This document shows positions 29,442-40,933 of a stretch of 64,000 nt of DNA, in pieces; within the stretch, counting starts at the first letter, position 1; each line of letters begins with the position of its first letter. The position numbers and the translations under genes are program-made. The notes under the pieces were generated by a model. It made no database searches and was not told the DNA's origin. It saw nothing but the letters and a program-made list of their open reading frames with translations. The stretch is from a bacterium (GTDB lineage Bacteria > Desulfobacterota_D > UBA1144), in NCBI GenBank assembly GCA_018654605.1, contig JABILG010000002.1:12817-76816 (forward strand), given 5' to 3'.

Positions 29442-31844
29442 TCAAGATAGATTCAAAGGCTTTTCTGCTTCTGAGACATCAACACCTAAAGGCATATCAG
29501 ACAAAACAGCATCTTTCAGTATTGCCTCCTTAGATATAATTGCGTGAGGTATAACATCATCCATGTGACTAACGGGAATAATATCTATATCTTTTAGAAC
29601 TTCTTTAGGTATGTCAATCAAATCTTTCTCGTTCTCTTTAGGAATCAAAACAGTTTTAACTCCGCCTCTATGGGCTGCCAATATTTTTTCTTTTAGCCCT
29701 CCAATTGGAAGGACCCTTCCTCTTAATGTAATCTCTCCTGTCATGGCCAAATCCCTTCTGACTTCTTTTTGAATGAGGCCAGACAATATAGCTGTAGCCA
29801 TTGCAATACCAGCTGAAGGACCATCTTTAGGCTGTGCGCCTTCTGGAACATGAACATGTATATCAATTTTTTGATAAAAATTTCTATCTAATCCAAGCCT
29901 ATTACCTCGGGATCTAACATAACTCATAGCAGCCCTAGTGGACTCTTGCATTACTTCTCCTAATTTCCCAGTAACCGTAAAATTACCCTTGCCAGGAACT
30001 ATCGTTACTTCTATGTTTAACAATTCTCCGCCAACTTCTGTCCATGCCATTCCAGTGGACATACCTATTTGATTAGTATCTTCTATCTCACCGTGCTTAA
30101 ATTTAGGTGAGCCTAACAATTTTTGTACAACTTTTGGAGTTACGTTTAAAGAATAATCTTTTCCATTTGTTACTACTTCTTTTGCAGTTTTCCTGCAAAG
30201 AGTTCCAAACTCTCTTTCTAAAGTTCTAACGCCAGCTTCTCTTGTATATCTTTGAATAGTAAAATTAACAGCCTTATCGGAGAATTTTACATTTGAATCC
30301 TTTAAGCCATTGTTCTCAAGTTGCTTAGGGATTAGATATTTCTTAGCAATTTTATTTTTCTCAAGCTCTGTATATCCTGATAATTTAATAATCTCCATCC
30401 TATCTTGTAATGCCCAAGGAATTGTATGTAAGACATTTGCAGTAGTAATAAATAGAACTTGTGACAAATCATAGTCAACTTCTAAGTAATGATCATTAAA
30501 AGCAGAATTCTGCTCAGGATCTAACGCCTCTAATAATGCAGAAGCAGGATCTCCCCTAAAATCTGTACCAACTTTATCAATTTCATCTAGAAGAAAGACA
30601 GGGTTCTTTGAACCCGCTTTCTTCATCCCTTGAATGATTTTACCAGGTAGGGCTCCGATATAAGTCCTTCTATGACCTCTTATTTCAGCCTCGTCCCTAA
30701 CGCCACCAAGCGAAATCCTGACAAATTTCCTACCCATAGCTCTTGCAACAGACTTTGCCAAGGATGTCTTACCAACTCCGGGTGGTCCAACTAAGCACAA
30801 TATAGGACCCTTAAGCTTTTCAGTTAATGTTCTAACTGCGAGGAATTCGGTGATTCTTTCTTTCGGCTTCACAAGGCCAAAATGGTCCTCGTCAAGGACT
30901 TCTTGAGCTTTATCTAAAGAAACTTCATCTTCAGTTAAATCAGAATTCCATGGCAAAGCAACTAACCAATCAATATAATTCCTCACAACAGTTGCTTCTG
31001 CGGACATTGAAGACATTCCTTTCAATTTTCTTATTTCCTTTTCTATTCTCTTTCTAATATCTTCAGGCATATCCTTAGATTTCAGTGCCTCTTCGAACTC
31101 TAAAATTTCAGTTTTTAGATCATCCTTATCGTCGAGCTCGCTTTGTATGGCTTTCATTTGCTCAGTTAAATAATATTCCTTTTGGGCCTTTTCCATTTGT
31201 TTCTTGACTCTATTCCTTATTTTCTTCTCAACTTGCAAAATCTCCAACTCTGACTGGATTTTTTCAAATAACATCTCGAGTCTCTTGGAGCAATCCAAAC
31301 ACTCGAGAACTTCTTGTTTGTCAGAGAGTTTAAAAGTCAAATGAGAGGCAATCGTATCAGACAATTTACTGGCGTCTTCAATCGCAGAAATTGTTACTAA
31401 AGTTTCGGTTGGGACTTTCTTGTTAAGTTTAGTATAGTCCTCAAATGCTTCAATCAAACTCCTCATAATAGCATTTGTTTCAACGTCTGACTCTGTGTTT
31501 TCTGCTAAATCTTCAACTTCAACATTAAAAAATTTATTTTCTTCATCAAAACTAATAAGCTTTGCCCTACTAAGTCCTTCAACTAAGATTTTAACTGTTC
31601 CATCAGGAAGTCTTAACATCTGAACTATAGTTCCTACTGTTCCAATATTATATATATCTTTAGGTCCTGGATCATTTGTTTTTGCATCAATTTGGGCAGA
31701 CAGCAAAATCTTCTTGTCTGTTTTCATTGCTTCTTCTAATGCTCTAATTGATTTTTCTCTTCCAACAAATAATGGTGCCACCATATGAGGGAAAATAACC
31801 ACATCTCTTAAGGGTAATAATGGAAGTTTATAGTTTATACTCAT
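29442..31844 (-). CDS. lon: ATP-dependent protease Lon
   Basis: 800 aa; Walker [10 protein letters not shown]; catalytic Ser in [11 protein letters not shown]; standard N-terminal [13 protein letters not shown]. Confidence 0.95.
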   Translation of the reverse strand: MSINYKLPLLPLRDVVIFPHMVAPLFVGREKSIRALEEAMKTDKKILLSAQIDAKTNDPGPKDIYNIGTVGTIVQMLRLPDGTVKILVEGLSRAKLISFDEENKFFNVEVEDLAENTESDVETNAIMRSLIEAFEDYTKLNKKVPTETLVTISAIEDASKLSDTIASHLTFKLSDKQEVLECLDCSKRLEMLFEKIQSELEILQVEKKIRNRVKKQMEKAQKEYYLTEQMKAIQSELDDKDDLKTEILEFEEALKSKDMPEDIRKRIEKEIRKLKGMSSMSAEATVVRNYIDWLVALPWNSDLTEDEVSLDKAQEVLDEDHFGLVKPKERITEFLAVRTLTEKLKGPILCLVGPPGVGKTSLAKSVARAMGRKFVRISLGGVRDEAEIRGHRRTYIGALPGKIIQGMKKAGSKNPVFLLDEIDKVGTDFRGDPASALLEALDPEQNSAFNDHYLEVDYDLSQVLFITTANVLHTIPWALQDRMEIIKLSGYTELEKNKIAKKYLIPKQLENNGLKDSNVKFSDKAVNFTIQRYTREAGVRTLEREFGTLCRKTAKEVVTNGKDYSLNVTPKVVQKLLGSPKFKHGEIEDTNQIGMSTGMAWTEVGGELLNIEVTIVPGKGNFTVTGKLGEVMQESTRAAMSYVRSRGNRLGLDRNFYQKIDIHVHVPEGAQPKDGPSAGIAMATAILSGLIQKEVRRDLAMTGEITLRGRVLPIGGLKEKILAAHRGGVKTVLIPKENEKDLIDIPKEVLKDIDIIPVSHMDDVIPHAIISKEAILKDAVLSDMPLGVDVSEAEKPLNLS

Positions 31845-31951
31845 GAAGTCCTCCGAAAGGCATTATTTTATTAAGTTAACCATTAAATCTTCTTTTGCAA
31901 CAAAAAAACATTAAAAAACTATAAAAGTGGGGGAAAAAGAAGGAAAAAAAG

Positions 31952-33232
31952 CTAATTTAAGGCACTTTTAGATGATTTAGTTTCAAAACTGAGCATTGGG
32001 GCTTTACTATTCATGATTACCTCTTCCGTTATGACGCACTTCTTTAAACCATCTAAAGTGGGAATGTCATAAATTAAATCGAGGATAGAGTTCTCAATTA
32101 TAGATCTTAACCCTCTAGCACCAGTCTCTCTCTTAATAGCTTCCTTTGCAATACAAATTAGAGATTCCTTAGTAAATTCAAGCACTACATTGTCATTTAT
32201 TCTAACTAACTTCTGATATTGCTTTATTAAAGCATTTCTTGGCTCTGTTAATATCTTTATAAGTGCTTCTTCATCCAATGTATTTAGATATGTTATAACT
32301 GGGACCCTACCTATAAACTCAGGAATGAATCCGAAGCTGACTAAGTCTTCTGATTGAATTGACTTAAGAAAATCATCAGAATCTAATCTTTTAACTACTT
32401 GCTGCTCGCCCTTCTCGAAGCCTATTGAATTCTTTCCAATTCTTTTAGCAATTATTTTATCTAATCCGCTAAATGAACCACCCAGAATAAAGAGGATATT
32501 GTTAGTGTTAACTGGTATGAATTCTTGTTGTGGATGTTTCCTTCCACCTTTTGGGGGAACATTGACGATTGCACCCTCGATAATTTTTAAAAGAGCTTGC
32601 TGAACACCTTCTCCTGAAACATCCCTAGTAATAGATGGACTATCTCCGCTCTTTCTTGCAATCTTGTCTATCTCGTCAATATATATAATTCCCTTTTCAG
32701 CCTTGCTGACATCAAAATCAGATGCCTGTAAAAGACTAACAAGCATGTTTTCGACATCTTCACCTACATAACCCGCCTCTGTGTAACAAGTAGCATCAAC
32801 AATTGTAAATGGGACATTTAAGAATTTCGCCAATGTCTGTGCCAGTAATGTTTTCCCAGAACCTGTAGGGCCAATTAATAGGACGTTACTTTTTTGTATT
32901 TCAACTTCTTCTGATTCACTCTTTTTCGATTTGTGCTCATTATTAGCACTAATTCTTTTATAGTGGTTATAAACTGCTACAGATAAATATTTTTTTGCCT
33001 GGTCTTGATCGATAACGTAAGAATCTAACTGGCTTTTAATTTCATGTGGTGGAGGAATATATTCTATATCTTCTGGATTAACTTGCTCCCCTTTCTCGTC
33101 CTCTATTATCTCGGTACACAAATCAACACATTCATTACAGATATAGGTTTGTGGCCCTGCAATAAGTTTTTTCACTTCTTTTTGATTTTTGCCACAAAAA
33201 GAACAACTTAAATCATCTTTTGATGTACTCAT
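31952..33232 (-). CDS. clpX: ATP-dependent Clp protease ATP-binding subunit ClpX
   Basis: 426 aa; zinc-binding N-terminus CSFCGK...CNEC; Walker A GPTGSGKT; IGF loop GFIPEFIGR. Confidence 0.95.
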   Translation of the reverse strand: MSTSKDDLSCSFCGKNQKEVKKLIAGPQTYICNECVDLCTEIIEDEKGEQVNPEDIEYIPPPHEIKSQLDSYVIDQDQAKKYLSVAVYNHYKRISANNEHKSKKSESEEVEIQKSNVLLIGPTGSGKTLLAQTLAKFLNVPFTIVDATCYTEAGYVGEDVENMLVSLLQASDFDVSKAEKGIIYIDEIDKIARKSGDSPSITRDVSGEGVQQALLKIIEGAIVNVPPKGGRKHPQQEFIPVNTNNILFILGGSFSGLDKIIAKRIGKNSIGFEKGEQQVVKRLDSDDFLKSIQSEDLVSFGFIPEFIGRVPVITYLNTLDEEALIKILTEPRNALIKQYQKLVRINDNVVLEFTKESLICIAKEAIKRETGARGLRSIIENSILDLIYDIPTLDGLKKCVITEEVIMNSKAPMLSFETKSSKSALN

Positions 33233-33820
33233 TTATTTATCATCCTTTTGAGTAATTATATTATCTACAATTCCATAGTCCAATGCTTCTTGTGAAGTTT
33301 GATAGAAATTTCTTTGTATATCCGTCTTTATTATATCTAATTCCTGATTAACATGTTTTGACAATATTTGGGCTAATATCTCCTGCTTCCTTCTAGTTTC
33401 GTCCATTTCTTTTTCTAGGTCGTAATATTGGCCTCCTAACTGGGTCCCCACAGAATGTAGCATAATTGTTGAGTTAGGAAGAGAGTTTCTTTTATTCTTT
33501 GCACCGCTTGCCAAAAGTACGGCTCCCATACTCGCAGCAAGGCCGAAGCACAAAGTAGAAACGTCAGGGGCAACATACTGAATAGCGTCATAGATACCGA
33601 GCCCAGCAGTAACACTTCCACCGGGTGAATTGATATATAAATTAATATCTTTCTTACTATCAACCGATTCAAGAAACAATAATTGGGCGACTACTAGATT
33701 CGCAAGGTTATCATTAATTTCGCCCCCGATAAAGATTATTCTTTCATTTAAAAGTCTAGAATAAATATCAAAAGCTCTTTCACCTGAAGAACTTTGCTCT
33801 ACAACCATTGGTATAAACAT
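33233..33820 (-). CDS. clpP: ATP-dependent Clp protease proteolytic subunit ClpP
   Basis: 195 aa; [21 protein letters not shown], catalytic Ser in GLAASMGA, His in MLHSV. Confidence 0.95.
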   Translation of the reverse strand: MFIPMVVEQSSSGERAFDIYSRLLNERIIFIGGEINDNLANLVVAQLLFLESVDSKKDINLYINSPGGSVTAGLGIYDAIQYVAPDVSTLCFGLAASMGAVLLASGAKNKRNSLPNSTIMLHSVGTQLGGQYYDLEKEMDETRRKQEILAQILSKHVNQELDIIKTDIQRNFYQTSQEALDYGIVDNIITQKDDK

Positions 33821-33826
33821 AAAGTG

Positions 33827-33855
33827 ATTGTAATTTAATCAATAATTTTAGTCAA
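33827..33855 (-). promoter_or_regulatory. Sigma70-like promoter TTGACT-N17-TACAAT placed 6 nt before the clpP ATG (leaderless-type); copy A of a duplicated module
   Basis: Minus-strand sense CTTAATTGACTAAAATTATTGATTAAATTACAATCACTTTATG. The 20-mer TAAATTACAATCACTTTATG and the 10-mer CTTAATTGAC recur upstream of the radical-SAM gene at 48798-48840. Confidence 0.45.
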
Positions 33856-33873
33856 TTAAGAAGAACGCTTAAG

Positions 33874-35163
33874 TTACTTGACAACATTAGGTTTCACTTC
33901 TTTAATTTTAGCTTCCGAAACTAAGAATCTTATTACCTTTTCATCAGTTAGCTTAACCTTAACATCGTCCATTAAATTATTATCTTTATAATAATTCTTT
34001 ACCTTACTAACTTGAGTATTTTGAGATTTGGCTATAGAGGAAATAACTTGCTCAACCTCTTCTTCTCCCACAACGATATTCTCAACTTTAGAAATTTCAG
34101 CAAATATAAGAGCCAACTTAACATTTCTTAAAGCAGACTCCTTAATTAACTCTTTTGTCTTTTCGTCAACCTCATTCATTTTAATTCCTTTCTCATTCAT
34201 CCGACCTAAATATTCACTTTCCAGCCTCTTCTCTTCATCACTCAAAAAAGATAAAGGGAACTCAAATTGATTATCATTTATTAATTTATCACCTATATTT
34301 CTTCTCAAAGATGCTTCTGATTTTTCATTAGAGGATCTTTCTAGGTCTGAAGCTACTCGCTCCTCTAACTTCTCTTTTGACTCAATGCCCAACTTAGCCA
34401 TAAAATCATCATCTAGCTTGGGAATTACTTTCTTATATATTTTATTAATTAGAACTTTACAGCTAACCACTTTTCCTGCTGCTTCAGCAATTGGAAAATC
34501 TTTTGGGTACGTTACATCAAAGATTTTTTCTTCATTTAGTGTCATCGATTTTATCTTTATCTCTATGTCCGGTATTAACGAATCATTTCCAAGCTCAATC
34601 ATTGCATTTTCTCTTACAAGATCCTTAACTATAACTCCTCCAACTTCACCTGAAAAGTTTATAGATAGTATGTCTTTCTTTTGTATTTTCTTACGTTTCA
34701 CGACCTCTTCATTAGATGCAAAATTCACCAACAAGTTTTCTATTGCCTTATCAATATCTTTCTGTTCAATAGAAAAGACTTCTTTTTCAACCTCTAACGA
34801 CTTATAGTTGCCTAAATTAATATCAGGTATAAGTTCAAAATTAAAAGAAAACTGAAACTTCTTGTCTTTATCGAAATCTTTAAATTGTAGATTTGAAGTC
34901 TTGACTATATTTATTTTTTCTTCTGCCGCCAAAACTCTTAAATTATCATTAATAATTCTAGTCTTAATCTCTTCATCAATCTGTTCTGTATATATAGACT
35001 CAACAACTTTCAAAGGTACCTTTCCTTTTCTGAATCCTTTTAAATCAGCATCTTTCTGAAATAATTTAACAACACTTAAATATGTTTTGGCTACTTCATC
35101 TTTATCAATATCAAATAAAGCTTTCTTCTCAGTTGAACTAATTTCTTCAATCTTAAAACTCAT
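33874..35163 (-). CDS. tig: Trigger factor
   Basis: The N-terminus MSFKIEEIS..ALFDIDKDEV and the FKBP-like middle domain are typical of Tig. Start moved to ATG 35163; the track ORF start at 35202 would overlap tRNA-Leu. Confidence 0.85.
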   Translation of the reverse strand: MSFKIEEISSTEKKALFDIDKDEVAKTYLSVVKLFQKDADLKGFRKGKVPLKVVESIYTEQIDEEIKTRIINDNLRVLAAEEKINIVKTSNLQFKDFDKDKKFQFSFNFELIPDINLGNYKSLEVEKEVFSIEQKDIDKAIENLLVNFASNEEVVKRKKIQKKDILSINFSGEVGGVIVKDLVRENAMIELGNDSLIPDIEIKIKSMTLNEEKIFDVTYPKDFPIAEAAGKVVSCKVLINKIYKKVIPKLDDDFMAKLGIESKEKLEERVASDLERSSNEKSEASLRRNIGDKLINDNQFEFPLSFLSDEEKRLESEYLGRMNEKGIKMNEVDEKTKELIKESALRNVKLALIFAEISKVENIVVGEEEVEQVISSIAKSQNTQVSKVKNYYKDNNLMDDVKVKLTDEKVIRFLVSEAKIKEVKPNVVK

Positions 35164-35175
35164 ACTATCTCCATT

Positions 35176-35257
35176 TGGGAGCGGGGGGACTCGAACCCCC
35201 ACACCCGAAGGCGCTAGATCCTAAATCTAGTGCGTCTACCAATTCCGCCACGCTCCC
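35176..35257 (-). tRNA. tRNA-Leu (anticodon UAG)
   Basis: Reverse complement GGGAGCGTGGCGGAATTGGTAGACGCACTAGATTTAGGATCTAGCGCCTTCGGGTGTGGGGGTTCGAGTCCCCCCGCTCCCA; it has a long variable arm. Confidence 0.9.
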
Positions 35258-35325
35258 ATCCAAAAAATATTTTTTTTTGAAAGGATAAATATACTGATTA
35301 CCGTATCTAAAATCAATGTTGGGAA

Positions 35326-37923
35326 TTATGAGGGCTCGTAAGCAACGATAACCTTATTACAATCACCAAGGTACTTTAAGATGACTTCATTAACTTCATC
35401 CAAGGTTACATTCCTTATTTTTGAGGAAAATTCAAATGGTTCTTCAGAGCCAAGTCCAAAGAAAGAACCTTGAGATATCCTGGCATTTATACTAGCATTT
35501 CTTTGTAGCGAAATATCATTCCTGCCTATCAGGTAATTTTTTGACCTTTCAATTTCTGATGATGAGATACCCTCTGTTGCAAGCTTGCTAATCTCTTTAT
35601 TAATAGCTTCTATACTTTCATCTTTCTTCTCAGGAGAGCACCCTATATAAACCCCGAAATGACCAATGCTTGGTGAAGGGCTATAAAAAGATGAAACAGT
35701 ATAGGCTAAACTTTTCTTATCTCTTAGTTCAATAAATAGTCTTCCTCCCATGCCAGAGAGGCATGAATTCATAACTTGGAATGCGTACTGCTCTTGGGAC
35801 TCCATTGATGGTCCATACGTACCAATCATTATATGTGACTGCTGCTTATCTCCTAACTTAGCTTGAAAAACTTTATCTTCATTGATTGGAATGAAATTAG
35901 AATCTTGAACTTTTAGAATATCTTCGCCTGATATATCAAGAGTAGAATTTAAACATTCCACCAATTGATCAAGATCAAAGTTTCCAACAGCTGAGAACAA
36001 TACATTGCTCTTTGTTATAGTCTCCTTGTAAGCCTTAGATATCTCGACCTGAGATATATTAGCCAGGCTTTCTTCAGTCCCGTACTGATTCATTGAATAA
36101 GGGTGATTCGGAAACAACTTCTCATAAAACTTGTCAGCAGTTAAAGCTGCATAATTTTGCTTCTTTCTATTGAGGTAAGACATAGTATCTCTTTTAACAA
36201 TTTCCAATTCCTTGTCGACGAAAAGTGGTTTTGATATTACATCCGAAAATATTTCAATTAACTCTGGCAAATTGGCACTGGGGCCCAATAATTTTAAGCC
36301 TAACGTATTTTTGCCCGAATAACCCTCTATATCAGATGCTAACAACTCTGTTTTCATAGATAATTGATCTTTAGAAAAATTCTTTGAACCTCTTTCAAAT
36401 AACTCGGCAAGAATACTAAATTTACCATTGGAAGCTTTATTTTCCTGCCTTAAGCCCCCCATAGAAACGGATCTCAAAGAAAAAAGTGGTGTCTTTGTAT
36501 TCTGAAGAACTAACAAGTCTGCGCCACAATCAAGCCTTACCTTAGAAGGTTTATCATGAACTATCTTGGACATTGAATAATCCTTTGAAACATATGAGCT
36601 TAAATCTTTAATCGTAGAAGTCTTAGGCTTAACATTAAATATATCCGAGACAATCTTACTTAAATGCTTCTCTCCTTTAAACTTAATTTTCTTCGGAAAA
36701 ATTAAATTTAGATTTAAATTTTCAAGAACGAAAAGCCTTGATGATACCTTTGATATTTCTTCAGAAGTTATTTCTCTGATTCTTTCGAGATATATTTGTT
36801 TAGAATTTATGTCTCCAGTTAATGATTCTAAATAACCTATAGATTGTGCTTGGCCCTGAACAGTTTCGTTTTCATGAAGATCATCTGCAAGAATTGAGTT
36901 TTTTGCTCTTTCAATCTGAGCTAAGTCAAAATCTAAATTAGAAATTTGTTTAATCTTCCGGCAAACCTCTTTAATAACTTTATCGATATTATCATTTAAG
37001 AATGTCCCAGTTATCATAAAAACTCCAGAATGTCTCATTGAATAATTACTAGAATAAATTGATGTAACTAAAGACAAATCCTCTTTTAGCTCTTTATAAA
37101 GCAAAGAGCTTGTTCCACTTCCTAGAATATGGCTTACTATATCAAAAACTGCGGAATCTGTATCTGTGGCCTTTTTAGATTTGAAAGAAAAGGCAAAGTA
37201 GACTTCATTAACCTCATGAAATTCACTATTAATTTGAAAGCCTAACTCCTGCTCTTTTTCTATAAATTTCGGTCTTTCAACATTGTCTTGTCTTATTTTA
37301 TTAAATACTTTTTCAATTTTAAGCTTTACATCGTCACTCTTAGCACCACTTACCACAACAAGATGCATATTTTCAGCCTGATACCATTTATCATAAAATG
37401 CTTTTACATCAGACCTTGTAAAACTCTTTACACTCTTAGGAGTCCCTATAATAGGAAGTCCATAAGTAGAAGAAGAGAAAGTATGCTTAAACATCATTTC
37501 GCTTAAACAATTTGATGGAGAATCGTTACCTCTCTTTATTTCCTCAAGAATAACTTCTAGCTCCTTTGAAAGTTCTTCTTCGTCAAAAGTAGCGTTAGAC
37601 ATACAATCTGAAAGTATGTTTAAGCCAACATCGATAAATTCATTAGAAATTGTCGTGTAATAAACAGTCTCATCAAATGAAGTAAATGCATTAACTTCTC
37701 CTCCGTGGGCCTCTAGCTGTTTAGAAACTTCCCCTACTTTCAAATTACATGTTCCTTTGAAAATCATATGCTCATGTACATGAGCTAAACCTCTTTGATT
37801 ATTTTTCTCATAAGCGCTCCCAGTGTTAACCCATACAAAAATTGAGCTTACGGGAGAATAAGGATCTTCTTTAAGAAAAACTTTTAGACCGTTGTCTAGG
37901 TAATATTTCTGAATATCATACAT
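35326..37923 (-). CDS. M16-family zinc metallopeptidase, two tandem M16 units in one polypeptide (PqqL-like)
   Basis: 865 aa; inverted zinc motif HVHEHMIFKGT in the N-terminal unit; a second, inactive-type M16 repeat in the C-terminal half. Confidence 0.7.
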   Translation of the reverse strand: MYDIQKYYLDNGLKVFLKEDPYSPVSSIFVWVNTGSAYEKNNQRGLAHVHEHMIFKGTCNLKVGEVSKQLEAHGGEVNAFTSFDETVYYTTISNEFIDVGLNILSDCMSNATFDEEELSKELEVILEEIKRGNDSPSNCLSEMMFKHTFSSSTYGLPIIGTPKSVKSFTRSDVKAFYDKWYQAENMHLVVVSGAKSDDVKLKIEKVFNKIRQDNVERPKFIEKEQELGFQINSEFHEVNEVYFAFSFKSKKATDTDSAVFDIVSHILGSGTSSLLYKELKEDLSLVTSIYSSNYSMRHSGVFMITGTFLNDNIDKVIKEVCRKIKQISNLDFDLAQIERAKNSILADDLHENETVQGQAQSIGYLESLTGDINSKQIYLERIREITSEEISKVSSRLFVLENLNLNLIFPKKIKFKGEKHLSKIVSDIFNVKPKTSTIKDLSSYVSKDYSMSKIVHDKPSKVRLDCGADLLVLQNTKTPLFSLRSVSMGGLRQENKASNGKFSILAELFERGSKNFSKDQLSMKTELLASDIEGYSGKNTLGLKLLGPSANLPELIEIFSDVISKPLFVDKELEIVKRDTMSYLNRKKQNYAALTADKFYEKLFPNHPYSMNQYGTEESLANISQVEISKAYKETITKSNVLFSAVGNFDLDQLVECLNSTLDISGEDILKVQDSNFIPINEDKVFQAKLGDKQQSHIMIGTYGPSMESQEQYAFQVMNSCLSGMGGRLFIELRDKKSLAYTVSSFYSPSPSIGHFGVYIGCSPEKKDESIEAINKEISKLATEGISSSEIERSKNYLIGRNDISLQRNASINARISQGSFFGLGSEEPFEFSSKIRNVTLDEVNEVILKYLGDCNKVIVAYEPS

Positions 37924-37929
37924 AACAAA

Positions 37930-38694
37930 TCACAGAGTGGTATTATATTTTATAAAAATATGCTTGCCGACTGCATACAACAAGTAAGTGTAGAATAGTA
38001 TAAAAGATCCAATCTCTATATGTGTAAGTATCGCAATAAGAATTATGGATAAAGTGATTAGTGCATTAAACTTCTTCATCTTATTAAGAAAAGTTTTCTT
38101 TGGGAAGGCTATATTGCTAACCATTAAAAGTCCTGTAAGGGGTAAAAAAATCAAAAAGAAGAAGCTTACAATTTCACTAGGAAATAAATTAAATTTATAA
38201 TCATTAAGAACAATTGATATGAGCAAACCCGCTGCCATAGGGCTTGGAAGACCAACAAATGTTCTATCTTTATCTTCTTCAGACATAATATTAAATCTGG
38301 AAAGTCTAAGCGCAACACAAACTGAATAGAATATTACGCACATTATTCCAAGATTATTAAAGGATGACAAATATACTATATAAATTACCACTGAGGGTGC
38401 GATACCAAAACAGACTAAATCAGAAAGAGAGTCATATTGTGCACCAAATTCAGAATCTTTATTTAGAAGCCTTGCTATTTTTCCATCAATGAAATCTATA
38501 AAAGCAGCTATATATAAAAAAATACAAGACCACCATAGGGACTTCTCAGTTAAGGGATATGTTTCAATCCCCAAAAATTCTCCATCAACCAGTGGGAAAA
38601 ATTTAATTAAATTAAAAATAGATAAAAGCCCAAAAACCATCGCAAGGGTTGTTAAGAGATTTGGTATAAGTGAGATAATCCTTCTATTTTTCAT
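37930..38694 (-). CDS. pssA: CDP-diacylglycerol--serine O-phosphatidyltransferase
   Basis: 254 aa; CDP-alcohol phosphatidyltransferase motif DFIDGKIARLLN...GAQYDSLSDL; multiple TM segments. Confidence 0.7.
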   Translation of the reverse strand: MKNRRIISLIPNLLTTLAMVFGLLSIFNLIKFFPLVDGEFLGIETYPLTEKSLWWSCIFLYIAAFIDFIDGKIARLLNKDSEFGAQYDSLSDLVCFGIAPSVVIYIVYLSSFNNLGIMCVIFYSVCVALRLSRFNIMSEEDKDRTFVGLPSPMAAGLLISIVLNDYKFNLFPSEIVSFFFLIFLPLTGLLMVSNIAFPKKTFLNKMKKFNALITLSIILIAILTHIEIGSFILFYTYLLYAVGKHIFIKYNTTL

Positions 38695-38698
38695 TCTT

Positions 38699-39357
38699 CT
38701 AGACTAGCTTCTCATTAATTTTATTAAATAAAATGCTCTCTCCCGCAACTACTTCGTCACCTGCTTTTAATTCTGTAACATAATCAGAAGGAACATAAAT
38801 ATCTATTCTAGAACCAAACTTAATAATCCCTATTCTTTGACCGATTTTAAGGATACTGGTTCTTGACACAAAAGGAACAATTCTTCTAGCAATGAATCCT
38901 GCAAATAGAATTAAAACTACGTCTCTATTATCTTCTGTTTTTAAATGCATGTACAATCTTTCGTTCTCTATACATTCTAAAGAGTTAGCAAATTTGAACT
39001 TTCCCTCAAAATACTTTGTCTCTACTACTTCGGAAGAAACAGGTGATCTTGCTATGTGGCAATCAAACACAGAAAGAAAGATGCATATTCTTTTCATTTC
39101 ACTATTTGTAAACTCATCTTCTTTAACTGTATCGACTGCAATAACTTTTCCATCAGCAGGGGATATTATCCCATCTGTATTAGGTATAATTCGTTCAGGA
39201 TCTCTAAAAAAATGTATAATCAATAGAAAGGTTATTAAGAGTAAAATTGATAGTATAGATACTCCAAAGAATGCAGTCCCAAGCCAACAAATTAAGAAGG
39301 AAACCAATATAGGTTGGTATCCTTGTGCTGAAACAGTCCATTTATAATCAATCTTCA

Positions 39358-39358
<1 letters not shown>
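38699..39358 (-). CDS. psd: Phosphatidylserine decarboxylase proenzyme (short form)
   Basis: 219 aa; N-terminal TMs; a GS processing-site-like motif in IKFGSRIDIYVP; adjacent to pssA. Confidence 0.65.
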
Positions 39359-40386
<1,028 letters not shown>

Positions 40387-40869
40387 TTACTTCTTTTTCT
40401 CTCTAGCCACTGAAACAAGCCCAGTCCTAGTTACTTCTTTAAGACCTAAGGGTCTTAAAATTTCAACAAATGCCTCAAGTTTATCTTTAGTGCCTGTAAG
40501 CTCTAGAGTATAAGACTTTGGGCCTACATCTATAACATTAGATCTAAATATATCCGCTACTCTTAGCACCTCGGATCTGCTAGTCTTAGTAGGAACTACC
40601 TTAGCAATTAGCAGTTCTCTTTGAATACTCTCAGATTCTGTTAGATCTACAACCTTGATAACATTAATCATGTTTTCAAATCTCTTTATAATTTGATCAA
40701 TAATCCAATCTTCGCCTGATGTAACTAATGTTAATCTTGAATAAGATGCATTTTCAGTTTCTGCTACACACAAACTCTCAATGTTGAAACCTCTTGCCGT
40801 AAACAATCCTGAAACACGTGCTAAGACACCTGGTTCGTTATCTACTAAAATTGATATAATATGACGCAA
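40387..40869 (-). CDS. ilvH: Acetolactate synthase small (regulatory) subunit
   Basis: 160 aa; ACT-domain N-terminus HIISILVDNEPGVLARVSGLFTARGFNIESL. Confidence 0.85.
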   Translation of the reverse strand: MRHIISILVDNEPGVLARVSGLFTARGFNIESLCVAETENASYSRLTLVTSGEDWIIDQIIKRFENMINVIKVVDLTESESIQRELLIAKVVPTKTSRSEVLRVADIFRSNVIDVGPKSYTLELTGTKDKLEAFVEILRPLGLKEVTRTGLVSVAREKKK

Positions 40870-40933
40870 TATCTATCTCCTTTAAAGGAACTTATAATAA
40901 ACTAATTTTAAACTATTTCTATGTTTTTAGTAA

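Noticed and set aside
31845-31951. Possible sigma32-type heat-shock promoter upstream of lon (CCCCCACTTTTAT resembles the CCCCATNT -10).
   Set aside because: No acceptable CTTGAAA -35 element lies at the right spacing. It is too ambiguous to annotate.
35163-35202. N-terminal 13-codon extension of tig from the ORF track (MGVRVPPLPNGDS).
   Set aside because: It would overlap the tRNA-Leu gene on the same strand. The internal ATG gives the canonical Tig N-terminus.
38892-39347. 151-aa plus-strand ORF inside psd.
   Set aside because: It is antisense to the phosphatidylserine decarboxylase gene and has no RBS.
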